Positions 1 through 6,717 of a stretch of 16,848 nt of DNA are shown here, piece after piece (within the stretch, counting starts at the first letter, position 1; every line of letters starts with the position of its first letter). A model generated the notes under the pieces. It saw only the letters and a list, made by a program, of their open reading frames with translations. It was not told the origin of the DNA and did not search any database. The DNA is taken from positions 121,776 through 138,623 of the IMG/VR virus record IMGVR_UViG_3300027994_000001. One strand, written 5' to 3'. This stretch comes from a virus. Lineage: Duplodnaviria; Heunggongvirae; Uroviricota; Caudoviricetes. A program made the position numbers and the translations under genes.

Positions 1-161
1 TCGTAATCTGTCGACTTGAAATTCTTATAGTACTTTCTTTCAGACCAATTAGCATAGCAGCCTTGTAAAAAATGATGATGTGAGTAATTAAAGTTAGGTA
101 TTTTTATTACAAAATTTTTAAATACAAAAACTATCCTTGTAATACCGCTTTTAATAATCAT
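1..161 (-). CDS. Partial ORF (runs off left edge), protein-kinase-like N-lobe
   Basis: Not in ORF track. ATG at 161 overlaps the stop of the upstream gene; open to position 1: MIIKSGITRIVFVFKNFVIKIPNFNYSHHHFLQGCYANWSERKYYK. G-x-T-R-x-V, VIK and a downstream N-x-x-E resemble the kinase beta1-3/alphaC arrangement. Confidence 0.5.
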   Translation of the reverse strand, partial: MIIKSGITRIVFVFKNFVIKIPNFNYSHHHFLQGCYANWSERKYYKNFKSTDY

Positions 162-360
162 TTTTCGCCGGAAAAGACTGAAAACAGAGGTTTATTTTTT
201 CTTTATTCACAAAAAACCAATTGTATTCGTCTTCTTCAAAAGAATCTTTGTCTTCCATACACTCTGCAAAATCAATTATCTCTATTTCTCCTAGATATTT
301 ATTACATTCATTTATTATAAGTATTGAAGTATCGCTTGATTTTTCATATCTGACAATCAT
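151..360 (-). CDS. Hypothetical protein (69 aa)
   Basis: ORF track 151..369 begins at GTG; ATG at 360 gives an ATGA overlap with the groES-like stop, so it is the preferred start. Confidence 0.75.
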   Translation of the reverse strand: MIVRYEKSSDTSILIINECNKYLGEIEIIDFAECMEDKDSFEEDEYNWFFVNKEKINLCFQSFPAKNDY

Positions 361-596
361 AATTCCCACCTAATTACTTGTGACTCTACAATATATATTT
401 CACCATTTTGTTCTCTAAATCCCCCTACAAGAACTTTATCCCCAACTTTAAGAGGTGTTGACTTAATTTCTTCGCCTAGCGCAACAATCTCAACAATATT
501 TTTGAATGTCCCTACTTTATCTAAAACATTTTCCTTAGTAAGCACTTTTTTAGCTAAAATGTATTCTCCAAAAATTCTATATTTCTTCTGTTCCAT
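357..596 (-). CDS. groES: GroES/Cpn10-like co-chaperonin (divergent)
   Basis: YRIFGEYILAK ~ IRPLHDRVIVK; EIVALGE ~ EVLAVG; LKVGDKVLV ~ VKVGDIVIF; YIVESQVIRW ~ IMSESDILAI. Start placed at second Met (596). Confidence 0.65.
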   Translation of the reverse strand: MEQKKYRIFGEYILAKKVLTKENVLDKVGTFKNIVEIVALGEEIKSTPLKVGDKVLVGGFREQNGEIYIVESQVIRWEL

Positions 597-738
597 ATGT
601 TTCAATATCTAAAGTATCGTTATAAAGTTGTGTAAACCAGCCTTTGTCTTTTTTAAAATCTCCCGTTGCTTCTGGATTCATTTCATAAATATCTCCTGAT
701 TCAAGGAACATATCATATGTAGATCTAATTGATGTCAT
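577..738 (-). CDS. Small hypothetical protein (53 aa)
   Basis: Not in ORF track. MTSIRSTYDMFLESGDIYEMNPEATGDFKKDKGWFTQLYNDTLDIETYGTEEI*; fills the 606-724 gap and overlaps both neighbours. Confidence 0.75.
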   Translation of the reverse strand: MTSIRSTYDMFLESGDIYEMNPEATGDFKKDKGWFTQLYNDTLDIETYGTEEI

Positions 739-967
739 AACTTTTGGTATTTAATATCTGGAATAAATCATTAAATTCATTTACTCCAATCTCTTCTAAT
801 TTGCAGTTTATTTGTATTCTTACTCTGTCTTTGCCGATTTTTGCTTTGAAAAACAATCTGTCTTTTACCGTTTCAAAAGCCAGGAACGTGCATTGACTTC
901 CCAGCTTTTTCTTGGTATTTATAATTTCTTGTTTTAAGTAGCTTGCTTGAAATTCGCTGTTAGTCAT
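725..967 (-). CDS. Hypothetical protein (80 aa)
   Basis: ORF track; start overlaps stop of 960..1388. Confidence 0.75.
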   Translation of the reverse strand: MTNSEFQASYLKQEIINTKKKLGSQCTFLAFETVKDRLFFKAKIGKDRVRIQINCKLEEIGVNEFNDLFQILNTKSYDIN

Positions 968-1388
968 TGACTACTTCTAATTTAGATTTCTGCGCTTCTT
1001 CCATCTCAGCAATAAGTGTTTCAATGCTCACAGCTTTCCCTTCTTCAATTCCACGGTCATGGATAATAAATCTGTTCTCAAGTGCTTTCATTACAATTGC
1101 TGTAGGATCTCCAACATAAGCTTCTACTACGTTATTAGCCGCCATAAAAGCTACAGGATCGAAAACTTTCTTTACTTTTCCTGAATCAATGTCTTCTTGT
1201 TTTGGAGATAATACGATATCTTCTCCTAACCAGTATCTATAAGTCAGTGGTCTTACCTGTTTGATATTTGAATTGAATAATCTTTCTACAGATGCTGCAA
1301 AAACTGCATATTCTTCTCCGGTTATTTCTAGTTTTTCGCCTGCGCGGAATCCGCTGTTATATTGGTCTAATTTAATTTCTTCGTTCAT
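960..1388 (-). CDS. Hypothetical protein (142 aa)
   Basis: ORF track; co-oriented, AT-rich leader before ATG. Confidence 0.85.
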   Translation of the reverse strand: MNEEIKLDQYNSGFRAGEKLEITGEEYAVFAASVERLFNSNIKQVRPLTYRYWLGEDIVLSPKQEDIDSGKVKKVFDPVAFMAANNVVEAYVGDPTAIVMKALENRFIIHDRGIEEGKAVSIETLIAEMEEAQKSKLEVVND

Positions 1389-1402
1389 TATGTTATTTAT
1401 TT

Positions 1403-1510
1403 AAAAGCAGTGATCTGTATTAAGTACCCGTACCCACGCTATTGTGTAAACAGCACCTTGGTTGTGAACCTTTCCTTAATACTTTGTTACACCAATTGAT
1501 TACTGCTTTT
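1403..1510. ncRNA. Candidate structured intergenic RNA element
   Basis: Nested stems 1403-1415/1498-1510 (13 bp) and 1417-1424/1475-1482 (perfect 8 bp), two inner hairpins, possible loop-bulge pairing 1444-1449/1487-1492. Confidence 0.5.
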
Positions 1511-1544
1511 TGGGAATTATTTAATAAAATATGTTAATATTATC

Positions 1545-2285
1545 TTAAAACGGAAGATCATCCGTTACAGTTACTGTAAAAGCTTGCTCAGGTGTACCTT
1601 TAGGGATTTCTGTTTTTGGTGCAGATGTTTCACTTGCTGTTCCTGGTTTGAAGTGTTTTACAAACTCGCCATATAAAAAGTCTAATCTGTTATCTCTGCT
1701 TGTTGACATCTTACCTTGGACTTTTACTTGTTCTGTGCTTGGTAATGGAGAATTAGCATCTTTTGATTTGTCCTGATATTTTGGCTCAATTTTTGTACCC
1801 GCCACTTTTAGAGAAACTCCTTGAGTATAGAAATTTTTAACGCTTCCATCAAACTCTGCCGAATTTACAATGGCATAAGGGAAGAACGTAAATTCAGAAG
1901 AAGTGTCTGCATTTAATAATCTATTTAAAATATTCTCATTGTATTTTGAATAGAATTTAATTTGAATAATACTTGTGTCCCCATCTTTATCTAAGACTGT
2001 TAAATTAAGACTTGTTCCTTTATCATTCTCAAACTTTTCTTGTGATAAGATAGTTCCTGTAATTGAATCATAGAAAATTTTATAAGGGTAATCTCCTGAT
2101 CCTTTATTTAGATATTTTTTTCTCAAATCAATTTGTTCAACTGCTTGAGTTTTTGCTTTTAAATCAGCTTCTGTGATTTCGGTATATCCTTCTGGAATAT
2201 CTTTAACACTAGTTGATAATTTACCATAAGCTACCCCATAGTAGTTCTTCTTTCCTGTACTGTCGCTGCTTGTGTTTGCTGCCAT
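1545..2285 (-). CDS. ssb: Single-stranded DNA-binding protein (phage type)
   Basis: 246 aa; low-complexity linker then acidic-aromatic C-terminal DDLPF, the typical SSB tail; lies in the replication/recombination module. Confidence 0.65.
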   Translation of the reverse strand: MAANTSSDSTGKKNYYGVAYGKLSTSVKDIPEGYTEITEADLKAKTQAVEQIDLRKKYLNKGSGDYPYKIFYDSITGTILSQEKFENDKGTSLNLTVLDKDGDTSIIQIKFYSKYNENILNRLLNADTSSEFTFFPYAIVNSAEFDGSVKNFYTQGVSLKVAGTKIEPKYQDKSKDANSPLPSTEQVKVQGKMSTSRDNRLDFLYGEFVKHFKPGTASETSAPKTEIPKGTPEQAFTVTVTDDLPF

Positions 2286-2297
2286 CTTTAAATTTAT

Positions 2298-2462
2298 TTA
2301 CTTGTTATTTAATTTTACTCTTATTGCATTTACTCCCGCTAATATTAAAGCTCCTAACCACCACAATGCAGTCAAATCGTCTCCTTTAACTGTGTAGTAA
2401 GCCCATCCGATTATTGCACCTATTTCTGCAATTAATCCCACTACTTTAAAAAATTTATGCAT
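2298..2462 (-). CDS. Small membrane protein (54 aa, two hydrophobic segments)
   Basis: Not in ORF track. MHKFFKVVGLIAEIGAIIGWAYYTVKGDDLTALWWLGALILAGVNAIRVKLNNK*; 8-bp ATGCATAA overlap with the upstream ORF. Confidence 0.7.
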   Translation of the reverse strand: MHKFFKVVGLIAEIGAIIGWAYYTVKGDDLTALWWLGALILAGVNAIRVKLNNK

Positions 2463-2631
2463 ATTTAATATCCTTTTTATAAAGTTGTTTTGCTCTCTTT
2501 TTCTCTTCTTTAGAAAAGTAAGACTGAGCTTTTACTAAATAGTTTGTTTTATCGTCATTGAAAAAGAAGTTTCTAACGATTTTTGCTCCGTTTTTCTTTG
2601 TCTCGATTTCGTGTGTTACTAAAATTTCCAT
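2455..2631 (-). CDS. Small basic hypothetical protein (58 aa)
   Basis: Not in ORF track. MEILVTHEIETKKNGAKIVRNFFFNDDKTNYLVKAQSYFSKEEKKRAKQLYKKDIKYA*; directly downstream of a promoter-like element. Confidence 0.7.
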   Translation of the reverse strand: MEILVTHEIETKKNGAKIVRNFFFNDDKTNYLVKAQSYFSKEEKKRAKQLYKKDIKYA

Positions 2632-2651
2632 AGTTATTTATTTTTACTGTG

Positions 2652-2683
2652 TAAAGATAATGTTTATTATTGATATAACCTAA
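2652..2683 (-). promoter_or_regulatory. Bacteroidota-type promoter (variant)
   Basis: Minus strand TTAG-N20-TATCTTTA versus consensus TTTG-N19-21-TAnnTTTG. Confidence 0.55.
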
Positions 2684-2689
2684 TTTATT

Positions 2690-3211
2690 TTAATCTTTTT
2701 CAGCGATATAATCCGGTTGATTTTCTGGTCTGGATAAAATTTCTTCTAGGCTTACTTTTTTGATACCTCTCAACCTTCTTTTAAAATGATACCAATCTAC
2801 TTTAATTGAAGCCCACGCTCTAATGTGCCAAGGAGAGGTCAAGTATTCAACATAGTCATCTATTTCTTCAATACTTTCAAAGACACTAAACTGATAACTA
2901 TAACTTGTATAAATTATTGAAGTGCCGTCTGTGCTGGCTTCTGCTCCTGCATAATATTTTAAAGGAATTGAGACTGCTATCCCTACTTCATCCACGTCTT
3001 CTGGATCTAAAATTATCTGCCCCCATTCATCTCTTTCAACTTCATCTTCTGAATCCATTGGTGGTTTTAAATTATTTTCAATAAACCATTCTCTCGACAA
3101 TGTTCCGGCATCTTCTCCCGTCTTTTTTCCATTTGCTTTTGCGATCTTCTCAGTACCTTTTGCGTTGGGTGCGGTCGTGATTCCTGTTAGGTGTAAAACT
3201 TTCATTCCCAT
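2690..3211 (-). CDS. Hypothetical protein (173 aa)
   Basis: ORF track; acidic centre. TSIIY...SVFESIEEI is weakly reminiscent of FlbD-like small domains. Confidence 0.8.
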   Translation of the reverse strand: MGMKVLHLTGITTAPNAKGTEKIAKANGKKTGEDAGTLSREWFIENNLKPPMDSEDEVERDEWGQIILDPEDVDEVGIAVSIPLKYYAGAEASTDGTSIIYTSYSYQFSVFESIEEIDDYVEYLTSPWHIRAWASIKVDWYHFKRRLRGIKKVSLEEILSRPENQPDYIAEKD

Positions 3212-3212
3212 T

Positions 3213-4058
3213 TTATTTATTTTTATTTCTTAAGTAAACCTCTAGGCGAGCAACTGAATTCCAGGCTGATGCAATTAGATGCTCTTCTTCTGAATCCTCT
3301 CCGATACCTAAAGCATGTCTAAATTCTGCATTACTGTATTCGAAATCTCCGTTTTCTACTCTGGAAAAATTTTCCCAGTCATCTCCTTTTTCATAGTGTT
3401 TGTGACCATAGAGAGAACGTAATGCTAAAGCTTCAACTGCATTTTTCATTTGTTTACAGTAAGTGAAAATAGGCGCTTTTTCTGTTGTCTGTGAATCTTT
3501 TTTTCCCGCCATAACTTCACCCACTCTTTTTAAGGACTCTGCATATGCTTTTTCAAGTTCATATTGTTTAGGATGCGGGGGTAAATCTGATTTGATTATT
3601 AAAGGTGTATTTTGTACTTTTTCAAATACTGTTCCTCCTGTATTATCTTGATCCCATAATGGCTTTCCTATACTCATATTCCTTTTAAGAATTGTTTCCA
3701 GCTCTTCTTCTGATTCAGCTCGGACTATTTTAGCAACATCTTCTAAACCTAGATATTGTTTGGTATTTAAACAAGCACTTTTTAGTTTATTTATCTGTTC
3801 TTCCTCCTTTTCCGTGACTGCTATTTTCTCCCACACAGTGTTTTTAAATACATTACCTTCTTTTAATTCAGACATATCAATAGTTGTACCTTTTACTGAT
3901 TTACTTTCTTCTTCGTTTTTTGGCGGGAAAAAAGAATGTAAAATCTCGTCTAAAAAAAACGGCTCATTTAGAATTATATTTCCTTTTACGCCTTTTGAAA
4001 TTTCTCTGTCAAACTCATCTTTTGTAACTTCTGTGTTACCGAGCATATATCTTGCCAT
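3213..4058 (-). CDS. dATP/dGTP diphosphohydrolase (DUF5664) domain protein with ~185-aa N-terminal extension
   Basis: C-terminal GKKD...AVEALALRSLYGHKHY...DWEN...YSNAEFRHALG...HLIASAWNSVARL fits the DUF5664 pattern (G-x-x-[KH]-Y, NW-like, A-x-x-RH, HL-x-x-A-x-WN). Confidence 0.7.
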   Translation of the reverse strand: MARYMLGNTEVTKDEFDREISKGVKGNIILNEPFFLDEILHSFFPPKNEEESKSVKGTTIDMSELKEGNVFKNTVWEKIAVTEKEEEQINKLKSACLNTKQYLGLEDVAKIVRAESEEELETILKRNMSIGKPLWDQDNTGGTVFEKVQNTPLIIKSDLPPHPKQYELEKAYAESLKRVGEVMAGKKDSQTTEKAPIFTYCKQMKNAVEALALRSLYGHKHYEKGDDWENFSRVENGDFEYSNAEFRHALGIGEDSEEEHLIASAWNSVARLEVYLRNKNK

Positions 4059-4080
4059 TTATTTTTGTTTTAATTAAAAA

Positions 4081-4200
4081 TGTGGTGTCGGACTAATCTT
4101 CCCATTTGTAACCACCCCTGAGTTGAGCATCAGGACAAATCATTCGCGGAGTTCAGAATTCCCAATGACTTTACGCATACTATCTGAGTCAGAGCAATGT
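4081..4200 (-). ncRNA. Candidate structured RNA in tRNA 3' trailer
   Basis: Stems GTCATT/AATGAT, ATTTGT/ACAAAT enclosing CCTGA/TCAGG; ends in CCGACACCACA, a 10/11 copy of the tRNA 3' end CCGAGACCACA 120 bp upstream. Confidence 0.4.
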
Positions 4201-4202
4201 TG

Positions 4203-4275
4203 TGGTCTCGGCAGAACTCGAATCTGCAACCTTCGCGTTATGAGCGCGCTTCTCTGCCAATTGAGATACAAGACC
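4203..4275 (-). tRNA. tRNA with CAT anticodon (elongator Met or lysidine-dependent Ile2); CCA not encoded
   Basis: GGTCTTG/CGAGACC acceptor, TCTC/GAGA D stem, loop CTCATAA, T arm GCAGA-TTCGAGT-TCTGC, discriminator A. No initiator hallmarks (paired 1:72, no triple G-C in anticodon stem). Confidence 0.93.
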
Positions 4276-4283
4276 GTAAAAAT

Positions 4284-4403
4284 AATAAAGACAGAAGAGT
4301 ACAGGATTTCATACCTGCAAGGTGGTTATTTTTACGGTCTTCTATTACCCACAACGATTTTACGTCTTGACTGAGGATTACAACTTACTCCGCCATCTTT
4401 ATT
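4284..4403 (-). ncRNA. Candidate tRNA-like structured RNA in tRNA 5' leader
   Basis: 18-bp closing stem 4386-4403/4284-4301 (one mismatch, several G-U pairs valid only on minus strand), adjacent T-arm-like hairpin GCAGG-TATGAAAT-CCTGT. Confidence 0.5.
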
Positions 4404-4409
4404 ACTCTA

Positions 4410-4441
4410 CAAATGTAACAATTATTTTTTAATATACCAAA
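4410..4441 (-). promoter_or_regulatory. Bacteroidota sigma-A promoter for tRNA/ncRNA transcript
   Basis: Exact TTTG-N20-TACATTTG; predicted start near 4405. Confidence 0.8.
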
Positions 4442-5092
4442 TTATTTCCCATAAATATAATCAAGAATTTCACCTACTAATCCGCTTCTGTGATTTTCTT
4501 TAAGTTTAATATGTTTTATTCCTTCAATGTTCTTTGATAATTCTATGGCAAAATCAAGACCTGTATAAGTTTCAGTTGTATCTCTCTGGCTGGAATCTCC
4601 ATTAATTACTATTTTACCAGAAGTACCTAATCTAGTTAGAATTGCTTCCATCTCTTTTACTGTTAGATTTTGGCCTTCTTCAACTATTAAAATATCATCA
4701 ATTGTTTTTCCGCGAATAAATTGAATAGGTAATGCTTGAATTTTACCAGATTTTACATATTCGTCTATTTTAATCCTATCCCCGCATTTATATAAATTCT
4801 CTATAAGACTTTCCATATAGGGGTTAAATTTCTCCTTTAAATCTCCAGGCAAAAATCCTAATGACTTCCCAACCTCGATTGCGCTTCGACTTACTAAAAT
4901 TTTATCACATTGTTTAGTGTTTAAGAAATCCAAAGCTGTTATAGCTCCAACTAATGATTTACCTGATCCGGCTCTTCCTGTTATAATAACAATTTGGTTT
5001 TCTAATATTAAACTCTTTGCTTCTTTCTGTTCTTCATTTAAAGTAACATTGTATTTAATATCACTTTTTCTAGTCCTGTTAGGCTCTTTCAT
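4442..5092 (-). CDS. phoH: PhoH-family ATPase
   Basis: LNEEQKEA, Walker A GRAGSGKS, LGFLPGDLKEK, FIRGKT, DILIVEEGQN, RLG, GDSSQRD, HRSGLV are all PhoH motifs. Confidence 0.95.
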   Translation of the reverse strand: MKEPNRTRKSDIKYNVTLNEEQKEAKSLILENQIVIITGRAGSGKSLVGAITALDFLNTKQCDKILVSRSAIEVGKSLGFLPGDLKEKFNPYMESLIENLYKCGDRIKIDEYVKSGKIQALPIQFIRGKTIDDILIVEEGQNLTVKEMEAILTRLGTSGKIVINGDSSQRDTTETYTGLDFAIELSKNIEGIKHIKLKENHRSGLVGEILDYIYGK

Positions 5093-5112
5093 AATTTATG
5101 TTTTTATTAAAG

Positions 5113-5144
5113 TAAATCTACAACTTATTTTTGGAATATACAAC
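5113..5144 (-). promoter_or_regulatory. Bacteroidota-type promoter (variant) upstream of phoH
   Basis: GTTG-N20-TAGATTTA in the only gap between GIY-YIG and phoH. Confidence 0.5.
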
Positions 5145-5158
5145 TGTTTTTAAATCTT

Positions 5159-5593
5159 TTATTTTATTTCTTTTTTCGCCGGATTTAAGTGCTTACCATA
5201 AACTAAGGCTTTTATCCAAAAATTATATGATAGGTCATCAATTAAGGCATCCGAGCAAAGAATGGATTGTGTTTCATAGTAAGTTAATTCAGCTTTAGAG
5301 TAACACCACTTAATAATTTCCTTGTGATATAAGTCTCCATTCTTCAAGTCTTCATTTAAAGACACCGAACTTCCAGTATATCCTCTCCAGCTGTATTCAC
5401 CTTTACTTTGTCCTTTGTTCTTACCGCTAGTATAATTTGGTTTCATCATACTTTTACGGCCGATATAAGTCATATTTTTAGTGAGGTTTGTAATTCTGTA
5501 TATAAATCCAAGTACATTAGGAGGTGCGTCAGTAAGTGATTTAATTTCTCTGCCCTCGCAGAACCAATTTTGTGTTTGTTTCTTTACTGCCAT
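5159..5593 (-). CDS. GIY-YIG family (Seg-like) endonuclease
   Basis: GFIYRITN...TYIGRKS, WRGYTGSS, EII...ELTYYET. Start placed at ATG 5593, coupled to upstream stop, not at 5629. Confidence 0.85.
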   Translation of the reverse strand: MAVKKQTQNWFCEGREIKSLTDAPPNVLGFIYRITNLTKNMTYIGRKSMMKPNYTSGKNKGQSKGEYSWRGYTGSSVSLNEDLKNGDLYHKEIIKWCYSKAELTYYETQSILCSDALIDDLSYNFWIKALVYGKHLNPAKKEIK

Positions 5594-5817
5594 TAAATAT
5601 AAATTGTAAAGTCTTGATAATATGCACAAGTATTGTGAAAAACCTCTTTGAAAGTTGAGTATTTATTTCTTATCGCTTTAAAAACATAAGACCAAGCTTC
5701 ATCGTCATCATTACCGCTATTTGTTCTAAGACCTTCTAAAGATTTACATCTGATCCAATTATTTCCTTCTGTTATCTCATAGTGAGATGGTAAAATGTTT
5801 TTAATGTTATTTATCAT
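5593..5817 (-). CDS. Hypothetical protein (74 aa)
   Basis: ORF track; overlaps both neighbours. Confidence 0.75.
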   Translation of the reverse strand: MINNIKNILPSHYEITEGNNWIRCKSLEGLRTNSGNDDDEAWSYVFKAIRNKYSTFKEVFHNTCAYYQDFTIYI

Positions 5818-6016
5818 AAATTAGTTTCTTCAGTTTCTCTCGCCACTCATCATCAATTCTATTTCTAATAGCCCACTCAGAAATTACCCCTCCAATATCT
5901 CTTTCTACTTTCACAACACTTTTATAGCATAAAGCTGTTTTTTCAATGTAGTCAATATACTCTTCATTTACATCTTCGTCAAATAATAGTGTAATGCTTC
6001 TTATTTTGTTGCTCAT
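5807..6016 (-). CDS. Hypothetical protein (69 aa)
   Basis: ORF track; ATGA overlap with upstream gene. Confidence 0.75.
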   Translation of the reverse strand: MSNKIRSITLLFDEDVNEEYIDYIEKTALCYKSVVKVERDIGGVISEWAIRNRIDDEWREKLKKLIYDK

Positions 6017-6270
6017 AATGCTATTTTATTTAGTAATTCTAACTTTTCTTTTAACTGTTCTAACACTTTTATATCTTCTTTTTTCGCCGGATCAAAAACT
6101 GAAAGCAAAGAAATACATTTATAAAGAGCAATACCTACATTAAAACAATCATCTTCAACATCATTAGTAATATCATCAAATAAATCTAATACCACATCTG
6201 AATAAGGATATGATGATTTATACCAAATTTCTGCTTTTATTTCGCCGATTTCTTTAATTGTGTCTTTCAT
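6013..6270 (-). CDS. Hypothetical protein (85 aa)
   Basis: ORF track; abuts upstream stop. Confidence 0.75.
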   Translation of the reverse strand: MKDTIKEIGEIKAEIWYKSSYPYSDVVLDLFDDITNDVEDDCFNVGIALYKCISLLSVFDPAKKEDIKVLEQLKEKLELLNKIAL

Positions 6271-6717
6271 TTATCTGTTATTTCTGTCTCTTACTAATGT
6301 AATATAGCTGTTAATATCTTCACGTAAATCCGCTACATTTGTAAAGTTCTCTTTATGTGTTGTTCTTTGATTTAAAAATTCTTTATATTGTTTTGTAGCG
6401 GCAGCAAACTTCTCAGCATTACTTATAGCAGGAGCTTTATCATACATCGGTTTTTCTCCCTCACTCCAAACATATTCATCACGTACCATAGCTACTGCTA
6501 TTCTCATCTTAATCGCCGTTGCACCTTTGTCTGATCTCATCTCACTGGCATTCAACATCTTAGTGTGCCAATAGCGCAAATCTGATTTTAAATCTACAAA
6601 TCTATGTTGGAATTCTAAAAGAGTTTCTTTATTATTATCTCCGGTAAGTGAAAAGTTTTTAAAATTATCCTTTATTTCATAAAACTCGGTTATAATTTCT
6701 TCAAGAGGTCTTATCAT
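6271..6717 (-). CDS. Helical protein, possible UvsY-like recombination mediator
   Basis: 148 aa, predicted all-helical, coupled directly downstream of recA; AISNAEKFAAATKQY...VADLREDINSY resembles the UvsY C-terminal helices. Function inferred. Confidence 0.4.
   Translation of the reverse strand: MIRPLEEIITEFYEIKDNFKNFSLTGDNNKETLLEFQHRFVDLKSDLRYWHTKMLNASEMRSDKGATAIKMRIAVAMVRDEYVWSEGEKPMYDKAPAISNAEKFAAATKQYKEFLNQRTTHKENFTNVADLREDINSYITLVRDRNNR

Noticed and set aside
4140-4202. Theta (HDV-like) or hammerhead ribozyme at the tRNA 3' end
   Set aside because: TGACT/AGTCA with preceding CGTAA hints at P2 and J4/2, but there is no room for P3-L3; no CTGATGA plus GAAA core.
4123-4374. 83-aa plus-strand ORF in track
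   Set aside because: Antisense to the tRNA and its flanking RNAs; no recognisable protein features.
4442-5092. phoH as a novel auxiliary gene
   Set aside because: Very common in large phages; nothing unusual in this copy.
5159-5593. GIY-YIG gene as an intron-encoded homing endonuclease
   Set aside because: Free-standing and translationally coupled; no interrupted host gene or group I intron core around it.
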